A DNA stretch of 64,000 bases from Polyangiaceae bacterium (GTDB taxonomy: Bacteria; Myxococcota_A; Polyangia; Polyangiales; Polyangiaceae): assembly GCA_050287085.1 (NCBI GenBank), contig JBNKBE010000012.1, positions 32,001 to 96,000 of the forward strand, in the 5' to 3' direction. Under the pieces are notes generated by a model, which worked only from the letters and a program-made list of their open reading frames with translations, searched no databases and was not told the origin of the DNA. Both the position numbers and the translations under genes were made by a program. Shown piece after piece: positions 56,658 through 64,000 of the stretch (position 1 is the stretch's first letter; each line of letters opens with the position of its first letter).

Positions 56658-57353
56658 CTACTTTCCAGAAGAAGAGTCCGCGGATGGAAACGCTGCAAAC
56701 GGATCGTCTTTCTTCGCAGCGGCAGGACCAGGCCCCTGCAACTCATCGCCCATGGCCGCGCCAGGCATCGCATGAGGTGCCGCTTCGCCCGCCTGCTGAC
56801 GTTCCTGCATCTCATACTTGGAAGGACACTTGGCAAATATGTGCTTTGCCTGGAGATGCTCGTCGACCAACGTTCCCTCGGCGGTGACCTCGACAGGCAT
56901 CCCTTTCACGTCCCGAAAGGTGTCTGGAATGATGCAAGACGCATAGCGCACGTCGAGCGTTCCAGTTTTCTCGCCGTCTTTGTTCTCCATCTTGAAGCGG
57001 TATTCACACGGTTCGTCGCGCTTCTGCAGGGTGCCGTGAACCAGAACCCCCTGAACGCGCAGGTTGCGCTCTCCAAGGTCGCTCCAGGTGGCCAGGACGG
57101 TATCCACGTCTTTGGCGTAAACCATCGTGTCGCTGGTACCCCCCAGCACGAAGCTCAGAATGCCACCGCCGAGAACGAGCAGACCCAGCAGCAATCCAAT
57201 ATTGCGCTTCGAACTCCCATCTTCGTCGCCAAGCGTGGACGAAACCCCGGGAGCCGCCTCCTCGCCCGAGGCACCGGCCTCTGAAGCCACAGCTCCTTGG
57301 GGTGGTGCTCCCTCGGATAAGGCCCGCCGCAGTTCGTCGTCCACATTGCTCAT
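56658..57353 (-). CDS. ccmE: Cytochrome c maturation heme chaperone CcmE (CxxxY variant)
   Basis: N-terminal TM, LRVQG, VRY..IPDTF, VTAEG, AKCPSKY. Confidence 0.88.
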   Translation of the reverse strand: MSNVDDELRRALSEGAPPQGAVASEAGASGEEAAPGVSSTLGDEDGSSKRNIGLLLGLLVLGGGILSFVLGGTSDTMVYAKDVDTVLATWSDLGERNLRVQGVLVHGTLQKRDEPCEYRFKMENKDGEKTGTLDVRYASCIIPDTFRDVKGMPVEVTAEGTLVDEHLQAKHIFAKCPSKYEMQERQQAGEAAPHAMPGAAMGDELQGPGPAAAKKDDPFAAFPSADSSSGK

Positions 57354-57393
57354 GGCGTGCAATTTAGAGCACCGCGCGCCCTGGCGCCATGGT

Positions 57394-57834
57394 TCAGACG
57401 CCAGTCAAGCGCTTCGACGCAGCCGCCCCCAAGCGACGCACGGCCCGGTTCGCAAGAACTCCAATCATACCAGAAACGAACAGTGCCACTCCGCCCCACA
57501 CCGCGGCCGCGATAGCCCCCGTGGCCGCAATGGTTGCTACGGCCGCAACCGCGGATGCGAAGAAGACCGGCAACGCCGACCGCCCCCCTGCCCAAGACCC
57601 CGGGGCCCGCCGAGAGGCCCCGCTCTGCATTCCGGGGGCCAATATGAGGTCGCTGAGACCCGCCGCCACGGTAAACCATGCGGCCCATCCCCACCCGAGG
57701 CGACCCCCATCGCCCAGGGCCAGCGCGGGGGCCCACAAGCAGAGAATCAAGACTGCGGCCCGAAACGGTCCCCCCCGCGTTTCTCCCCGGGGCGTGGCCG
57801 CGCCCGATTGAACTACGGGCAAGCGACGCACCAT
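57394..57834 (-). CDS. Small multi-TM membrane protein
   Basis: About four hydrophobic segments; co-oriented with ccmE; start uncertain. Confidence 0.5.
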   Translation of the reverse strand: MVRRLPVVQSGAATPRGETRGGPFRAAVLILCLWAPALALGDGGRLGWGWAAWFTVAAGLSDLILAPGMQSGASRRAPGSWAGGRSALPVFFASAVAAVATIAATGAIAAAVWGGVALFVSGMIGVLANRAVRRLGAAASKRLTGV

Positions 57835-57900
57835 GGCGCGAAGTTGCCGCAACCGCGCCGCGCTCGCAACTGAATCCGCCTGCGGACGACACACAGCGCA

Positions 57901-58734
57901 ATGCTCCATTTCCCCCAGAAGCGGCCCGCGCGGCAAACGAGCGCGCGAGCGACAGCGAAGCGTAGCCTCAGCACCTCGCACCCTCAGGCCAAGCAGCGCG
58001 CTCCGCTGGCTGCAGCGCCCAGCTACGGCGCTCGATGGCTGTCGTTCGCCGCTGGTGTTCTGCTGAGCGCGGCGCTCCCCACACCGCTTGCGCACGCCGA
58101 GTCGACGGCAGCGCCTCTCGCCTGGACCCCCACGTTGCCCCCAGCGATGCCCTTAGACCGAGACTACTCGGCGACCGCTGCAGCGCGCGAGTTCGCGCGG
58201 CGGAGGTGGGCTGCTTTTGCGGGAGTCGGTGGGAGCCTGGCGTCCTGTGGTTGGATGGCCCAACCCGGCTGCGATCCCTGGGGCTTTCGCAGTGCGGGGG
58301 GGCTCGAATACCGCCCCTTGGATTGGATCTCCTGGAGCGGGGCACTGCGCGGCGGAGCCTCTTCGGCGCGCCCCCGCGGCAAACACCACTTCGCCGCGGC
58401 CGCGCTGGAGGCGCGCGCCTACCTTGGAACACGCTCGCGTTGGGACCCCTTTGTTGCCGCATCTGTCGGTTACGGTGTGCATTGGCTTGCACAGACCACG
58501 CGGCCAGCTCGCGCCCAAGGAGCCCCGCTTGCGGGCGCAAGTGCCGGCATAGGCTGGTTCCTCAGCGAACAGAGTCGAGCTGAGGTGGCTCTCGGCATCG
58601 AGCAAGACTTGCCCTGGGGTAGGTCCACTTGCCTCCGCGAATGCCCGCTCGGAAGAAGCGGGATACTGGACGGTGGAGAGCCGACGTGGATGCTGAACCT
58701 TCGCATCGCCGGCTTGTTTGGTCCTCGCTTGTGA
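57901..58734 (+). CDS. Putative small outer-membrane beta-barrel protein
   Basis: Signal-like LAHA; alternating beta strands (GGLEYRP, LEARAYL, DPFVAASVGYG, GASAGIGWF). Confidence 0.55.
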   Translation: MLHFPQKRPARQTSARATAKRSLSTSHPQAKQRAPLAAAPSYGARWLSFAAGVLLSAALPTPLAHAESTAAPLAWTPTLPPAMPLDRDYSATAAAREFARRRWAAFAGVGGSLASCGWMAQPGCDPWGFRSAGGLEYRPLDWISWSGALRGGASSARPRGKHHFAAAALEARAYLGTRSRWDPFVAASVGYGVHWLAQTTRPARAQGAPLAGASAGIGWFLSEQSRAEVALGIEQDLPWGRSTCLRECPLGRSGILDGGEPTWMLNLRIAGLFGPRL

Positions 58735-58750
58735 TAGGACCTTTGGCCCC

Positions 58751-60070
58751 ATGCTGGAACTGCAACCCATCGAGCTATCGAAAGCCCTCGCCCGGGCGGA
58801 AGAGGCCCGGCGTGCCTTTGTCATTCAGCTTCGCGAAGCTCCAGAGGCCGACGCCACGCCACTGCAGCTGTATCGAGAGGTACTGGACAAGGAGATTTGG
58901 GATCAGGTTGCCGAGCTGCCAGAACTGGATCCCCTGAAGGAACCGCTGCGCCGCTGGCTGGTGCAGCTGATCGACGCGCGGGTGAACCAACCCTGGAGCA
59001 TCGCTCGGAGTCGTGAATGGCGAAGTGTGCCGCGCGCCCCGCTCGACAATGGGGAGACGGGACGCACCCTGGCTGAGCTCCAGCAACTGGCGCTCAGCCA
59101 CCCGGAACGGGCCAATGCCGTGCTGCAAGCCCTGGCAAAGTCGCTGGAACAGCCTCGCGTCGCAGCAACAACACTATGGCATCGGCGCCATGAGATGGCG
59201 TCCCGCTTGGGCATCGAGGACTTGGCCTCCTTGTACACATCCGGCACCACCCTGGTGGCCGAATCGAGTGCCTGGCTTTCCGATACCCAAGAGTTGTTTA
59301 CCGCACCGAAGGCGTTGGACTTTGGTGGATGGCTGGAGGCTTCGCTCGCGCACAATGCCCAGGCAGATTGGCCAGCGCGCATCAACGAGCAAGTGATGAT
59401 CGGCTGGTTCCGGCGTAGTCCTCTGCTCGTCGACGTCGAACCCGAGCTCTCACCCCTCCCACGGCGGCTCAGCCCCGCCAGTTTCGCGCGACTTCTCGAA
59501 AGCTTCGGAACGGCTCTGCACGAAGCGCTAGCACCCGTCAATCAACCCTTTGTCGTGGCGCGGGATCCACTGGGTGTTGCAGGCCACAGCTATGGAGCGT
59601 TGTTCGCTTGGTTGCTGCTGGACCCAGCCTTCGCGGCACGTGAACTCGGCGTGCAGCGCACTCGCTTTGCTGACTACCGACGCGTTCTGCTCCGGATGTG
59701 GCTGCACGAGACGCGGCGAGCGGCCATCGCTGTGCAAGTGCGTCAAACTGCCCTGACCAGCGCGCAGTCCGGAGCCCTCACGGCCCGTGAACTCTTGTCG
59801 GCGGAATGGCGCCACGATCTAGGCCCCGAGGCGGCCCTTGCCTTGGTCGGGACTCTCGACCAGGCACCCGCTCGCTTTGCAGCCCTGCTCGGCGCCGCCG
59901 CTTGGAGCCGGCGCCTGCGAGCCGCGCATGATGAAGACTGGTATCGAAACCCGCGTGCCGGGGAACAACTCCGCGCTGAAGCGGAGCGTCCGCCGCAATG
60001 CGAACTGTCGGCCACGGCGGTGGCCGAAGACGCGCGAGAGCTCGCCGCTTCACTGCAACACGAGCTCTAG
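58751..60070 (+). CDS. Degenerate peptidase M3-like alpha-helical protein
   Basis: LLESFGTALH at the HExxH position; C-terminal EDWYRNPRAG. Confidence 0.55.
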   Translation: MLELQPIELSKALARAEEARRAFVIQLREAPEADATPLQLYREVLDKEIWDQVAELPELDPLKEPLRRWLVQLIDARVNQPWSIARSREWRSVPRAPLDNGETGRTLAELQQLALSHPERANAVLQALAKSLEQPRVAATTLWHRRHEMASRLGIEDLASLYTSGTTLVAESSAWLSDTQELFTAPKALDFGGWLEASLAHNAQADWPARINEQVMIGWFRRSPLLVDVEPELSPLPRRLSPASFARLLESFGTALHEALAPVNQPFVVARDPLGVAGHSYGALFAWLLLDPAFAARELGVQRTRFADYRRVLLRMWLHETRRAAIAVQVRQTALTSAQSGALTARELLSAEWRHDLGPEAALALVGTLDQAPARFAALLGAAAWSRRLRAAHDEDWYRNPRAGEQLRAEAERPPQCELSATAVAEDARELAASLQHEL

Positions 60071-60249
60071 GGCGTGTTCACCGCAACACGAGCCCCGGAG
60101 CGTGAATCCAGGCCCGATCCTAAGTGCGCCGCCGCATCGCGTCAGCCCCACGAGTGAGGCCGTCCCGATGCCGGTTCCAAGCGCTGAGCTGCAACGGAGC
60201 GCGGCAGAGCACGGCCCACAAGCATGCCGGCTCCGCCCACTGCGGGTGG

Positions 60250-61215
60250 CTAACGACTCGCGGTGCCAGCGGCGTCGATGTGGTACTTGAATCCGACGCT
60301 GAAGGTGAGCGCCTGCGGACCGGATACGACGCCGCGGAAGCCCGCGTCGATCGTGAACTCAGGGGTCATATAGCCAAACCCTGCACTCAGGGCGTGAGAG
60401 CGATAGGCCTGTTCAAAACGGTATCCGGCGCGCAGAGGAATCGCATCCAAGAGGACCTCCGCGCCGAACATCGCTGTCGCCTTCGACTTCTCGTAGGAGC
60501 TGGTGTCCACAAGCACGTCACCCTCCAAAGAAAAGCTCTCCGTCCCAACCCCCACGCTCCCCCCAACGAGCAACGGGAGAAATCCGTGCCCGGGATCCGT
60601 TAGGTTCATGCCCACAACAGCCAACGCAAGCTCGGGGATAGGCCGGAGAGTGGCCCCAGCATCAACCGTCACGTCAGCGACGATGTTGCTCTTGGACAAT
60701 CCCGCACTCGCAACGCTCGGCTCGAGATAGTCCCCCGTCCGGGGGTATCCATCCTGGCTCAAGGTGAGATAGCGCAGCCCCCCTCCGAGCAGAAACTTAT
60801 CTCCCAATGGGGCAGCCAGGGAGAGGCGAAAATCACCGCTGCTCCGCTTCAACCCGTCCGGATCCTGACGGGTCCACAAGGCCGAAAGGCCCGCAGCGAT
60901 GCCCCGCTGATTGACCACGGAATCCACAACCGCGGCCCCATAGCTCTGCACACCCGCTCTTGGCACGAGCGTCCCAAGACCCGCTACGTGGTATACCCGG
61001 GTCGCCGCAATGTTAGCTGGGTTCTGCAGCACCGCGTCCGTAGAATTGCTCAGCGCCATAATGGCGCCCCCCATCGCTACCGCGCGCGGCGATTCCTGCA
61101 CCCCCGAGCGATAACCCACTTCCGGCGGAAGCTGTGAGGGACTGGCAAAGGCGCAAGGCGCTAGCAAGAGCGCTACCATCGCCGCACATGTGACGGCTCT
61201 ACTGTTGGGTGACAT
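60250..61215 (-). CDS. Outer-membrane beta-barrel, PorV/FadL-like family
   Basis: Signal peptide (CAFA); RAVAMGGA....DAVLQNPAN plug motif; LRAGYRF, SAGFGY, SVGFKY strands. Confidence 0.75.
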   Translation of the reverse strand: MSPNSRAVTCAAMVALLLAPCAFASPSQLPPEVGYRSGVQESPRAVAMGGAIMALSNSTDAVLQNPANIAATRVYHVAGLGTLVPRAGVQSYGAAVVDSVVNQRGIAAGLSALWTRQDPDGLKRSSGDFRLSLAAPLGDKFLLGGGLRYLTLSQDGYPRTGDYLEPSVASAGLSKSNIVADVTVDAGATLRPIPELALAVVGMNLTDPGHGFLPLLVGGSVGVGTESFSLEGDVLVDTSSYEKSKATAMFGAEVLLDAIPLRAGYRFEQAYRSHALSAGFGYMTPEFTIDAGFRGVVSGPQALTFSVGFKYHIDAAGTASR

Positions 61216-61822
61216 GGACTATAGGGCGCATTGGCACGCGCCGCTTGCGTAGTCGCATCGCTCCTGCCTGGGCAAACAAATAGCAGTGCTGGGCTCGCAA
61301 CAACCGTGTCAAGAACCAACACCGACGCTCGCACGGTTGTGCCATGAGCTACGGTCGGCCGGGTCAAAACGGTGAACAAGCGACAAGCAACCCACCCCCC
61401 TATTGCACCTGGCCTACACCTCGCGCCAATCGGAAATAGACTACAACGGCAGGCAATTCCGAGTTGTCCAGTCCATTGTTGCGGGCTTGCGCCGCTGGTG
61501 AGATGGCACTCTCCTGAGCCTCCATAAACCGACAGGAAGTCAGAGTTTCTCGGAGATTTTCAGCGTCAGATTTTTATTCGGGGGTTTGTATGCTGGATCG
61601 CCAAGCGCCCTCAAATACGTCGTTGAAGCAGGCCACAAACCGGTGTTAGCTGCGTCCTCGTTCAAGCCCCGGGGGTGACATCGTGGTATCGGCTTTCCTT
61701 CGCATTCAGTTTCCCATTCAGAGGATGTCGCAACTCATCAGCGTGTCCGAGTTGCACAACGCAGCACTTCACCGCGAAGACGCTCACTCCCCCTCGTATC
61801 GACGCTCGATAACAAGTCTCAT

Positions 61823-61850
61823 CTCGAAGACGGCTCGCAACGTCTTCGAG
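61823..61850. other. Perfect 10-bp inverted repeat in dnaA upstream region
   Basis: CTCGAAGACG-gctcgcaa-CGTCTTCGAG. Confidence 0.8.
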
Positions 61851-62241
61851 TAGCATCGTGGTCGCCGAAAACTGGGCTTCTTCGCCGCAGCGATCCATCG
61901 TCCCCGACACGGATCGAGGCGTTCGGCGGTATGGAAACCAAGTGGACTGCAAGCCAAGCCCCTCACGCCCCCCCGTCTCCCATTCCAGCCTCAAACGTCG
62001 CTTCGTGTCACCGAATAGCTGATTGCTGGGGCTTCCTCGAGCTTACATACCCTTTTCCAGGTCCGAGCGTCTCGCAAGCCGCTCCTACTTCACGTCGAAT
62101 GCGTCAGAGCGCGTCAGAACTGCCCTCCTCATTCGTCTCGCAATAGCTCCTAGCTCACTAAGAGCTGGTCTCTCTTCATCCGCTGCAGCCTATCTCTTCC
62201 AGCGAGTAGGCTGGGTTTTCATCGCCCCCCTCGGAACGCCC

Positions 62242-64000
62242 TTGTCGTACACAGCCATTCCTGACGCATCCGTAGCCGCTCCCTCTTCGCACCTGCAGTA
62301 CCCCAACGTACCGCTCTGGGACAGGGCGCTACAGCACTTGCTCGACAATCTGCCTCCGCAGCTCGATCGCAACCTGCTGCAGCAGTGGCTCTCTAGCGTG
62401 CAGTTCGAAGGGCTTCAGGTTCATGCTGGACCAGACGGCTCAACGCAATGCCCAACGGCGGAACTCCGACTCCGGGCCCGCAATGACTTCGTGCGCGAGT
62501 GGGTTCAGGGAAACTACCAGGCGCTCATAGCGCAAACGATTGCGACCCTCGCTGGAATGAGCGTCTCGGTGAACTGGCAACCCTGTGGCGAACTCGTCCA
62601 TCCGGTGTTCCCTCCTCCCCAGGAAGAACCACGAGCACGAGCGCTGCCCATGGATGTCCGTGCATCCTTTCAATTCGACGCCCGGCCCCGGCAGAATGAC
62701 GTGGGACACGACCCGCGCACCGCCTCCACGTTGAGCCCCGTTGCCCCAAACGCGCTATCCAATTCCATACCAAACGGCGCGATGCCCCAGGGCGGCGCGA
62801 TGCATCCAAACGGCGCGATGCCTTCAAACGGCGCGATGCCTTCAAACGGCGCAATGCCCCAGGGCGGCGCGATGCCTCCAAACGGCGCGATGCATCCAAA
62901 CGCGGGCTATCGCCGTCCGGAGCGCCCTGCTTATGAGTCCAGAAACGCACCCGACTCAAGAGCCTTCACCTCGCAGCCGGACTCCAGCGCTTATCTCGCC
63001 GAAAGAACGCGGCGGGAACAACTCAATCCAAAGTACACTTTTCGCAACTTCGTTGTTGGCCCGAGCAACGAGCTCGCCAACGCCGCCGCAATAGGCAGCA
63101 GTGGTGGCGGGGGGCCGCGTTACAACCCGTTGTTCATCTGTGGCGGCACGGGCCTTGGCAAGACCCACTTGATGCACTCCATTGCGCATCAGGTATTCGA
63201 TCTGCGCCCCCATGCCTGCGTCCTGTACGTATCCGCCGAACGCTTCACCAACCAGTTCATCGAAGCGCTTCAGCACCACAAGATGGAGGAATTCCGGCGA
63301 CGATACCGCAGTGAGTGCGACGTGCTGTTGGTGGACGATATCCAATTCCTCGCGGGGCGCGAACAAACGCAGGAGGAATTCTTTCACACATTCAACGCTC
63401 TACATGAGGCAGACAAGCCCATCGTCGTCACCAGCGACAAGTACCCGCAAGACCTTCAACGAATGCCAGAGCGACTGATCTCGCGCTTTACCAGCGGGCT
63501 CGTGGCCGACATTCAGACCCCCGCCCTTGAGACGCGAGTAGCCATCGTTCGCAAGAAGGCGCAACTCGAGGGTATCCTGCTCGACGACGACGTCGCGGTA
63601 TTGCTAGCTCAGAATGTGAAGAGCAATGTCCGGGAACTCGAGGGAACGCTGATCCGGCTTGCCGCCAAGTCGAGTCTGCTCGGTCGTGCCATCGACATGG
63701 ACTTCGCTCGGCAGGAACTCGCTACTATCGCGCCGGCAAGAGCCGAGGTGCGCAGCATCGAAGACATTCAGCGCATCGTTTCCTCTCACTTCCGCATCAC
63801 CAACACCGAGTTGTTGAGCAAAGATCGGCATAAGAGCGTGGCCTTCGCCCGCCAGGTGGCCATGTACCTCTGCCGTCAACGACTCAAGAGCAGCTACCCT
63901 GAGCTGGGGCGCTCCTTCGGCAAGCGAGACCACACGACAGCGATGAACGCGATTCGCCGCATCGAACAGCTCAAGGAAAAGGATCCACAGGTAATCGCAC
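62242..64000 (+). CDS. dnaA: Chromosomal replication initiator DnaA (3'-truncated by window edge; not in ORF track; start uncertain)
   Basis: Frame 1: domain I LWDRAL..QQWL..NDFVREWVQGNY; LNPKYTF.NFVVG.SN; YNPLFICGGTGLGKTHL; LLVDDIQF; QEEFFHTFN; SNVRELEG; RQVAMYL; RDHTT; TTG start inferred. Confidence 0.96.
   Translation, partial: MSYTAIPDASVAAPSSHLQYPNVPLWDRALQHLLDNLPPQLDRNLLQQWLSSVQFEGLQVHAGPDGSTQCPTAELRLRARNDFVREWVQGNYQALIAQTIATLAGMSVSVNWQPCGELVHPVFPPPQEEPRARALPMDVRASFQFDARPRQNDVGHDPRTASTLSPVAPNALSNSIPNGAMPQGGAMHPNGAMPSNGAMPSNGAMPQGGAMPPNGAMHPNAGYRRPERPAYESRNAPDSRAFTSQPDSSAYLAERTRREQLNPKYTFRNFVVGPSNELANAAAIGSSGGGGPRYNPLFICGGTGLGKTHLMHSIAHQVFDLRPHACVLYVSAERFTNQFIEALQHHKMEEFRRRYRSECDVLLVDDIQFLAGREQTQEEFFHTFNALHEADKPIVVTSDKYPQDLQRMPERLISRFTSGLVADIQTPALETRVAIVRKKAQLEGILLDDDVAVLLAQNVKSNVRELEGTLIRLAAKSSLLGRAIDMDFARQELATIAPARAEVRSIEDIQRIVSSHFRITNTELLSKDRHKSVAFARQVAMYLCRQRLKSSYPELGRSFGKRDHTTAMNAIRRIEQLKEKDPQVIA
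62770..62901 (+). repeat. 18-bp coding tandem repeat x7 in DnaA domain II (xNGAMP hexapeptide)
   Basis: PNGAMP QGGAMH PNGAMP SNGAMP SNGAMP QGGAMP PNGAMH PN. Confidence 0.95.

Noticed and set aside
61269..61345. c-di-GMP-I riboswitch-like text (GGGCAAAC...GCAA followed by a stem)
   Set aside because: No GNRA-capped stem or tetraloop receptor; the first stem pairs poorly. An Rfam scan would settle it
61662..62146. Small ORFs upstream of dnaA
   Set aside because: No recognisable motif or SD; no rpmH-like peptide; treated as non-coding but not excluded
62525..62959. Minus-strand ORF with ASRRL repeats
   Set aside because: Antisense reading of the dnaA linker repeat

Overview
High-GC bacterial chromosomal window. 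The gene content (Pph1-type PP2C, alpha2 GlyRS, CxxxY CcmE, many Gly/Ala-tethered lipoproteins) points by inference to Myxococcota, probably Polyangia. Core genes: glyQS, oxyR/katG, hrpA, gltBD, rpiA, hemE, ccmE, tRNA-Gln(UUG), and a dnaA that runs off the right end and is absent from the ORF track. Accessory content: (i) a cytoplasmic GH92 + GT4 gene pair; (ii) two orphan CheA-type kinases lacking a CheW-binding domain, one fused to a CheX-like phosphatase domain with an intact ExxN motif; (iii) a di-heme cytochrome c-rhodanese lipoprotein; (iv) a series of lipoprotein-anchored carbohydrate-active enzymes (GH5, BNR_4, alginate-lyase-like, esterase, gluconolactonase, GH8, LamG) on long disordered linkers with a recurring D-A-G type motif; (v) a eukaryote-like alkyl-DHAP synthase. 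The DnaA has an 18-bp repeat expansion in its linker and an altered DNA-recognition signature. It sits behind about 1 kb of non-coding DNA with repeated non-canonical motifs and no perfect DnaA box that I could find. No CRISPR array, integrase, transposase or rRNA was seen. All assignments come from motif recognition by eye; no database searches were run, and start codons are best estimates.
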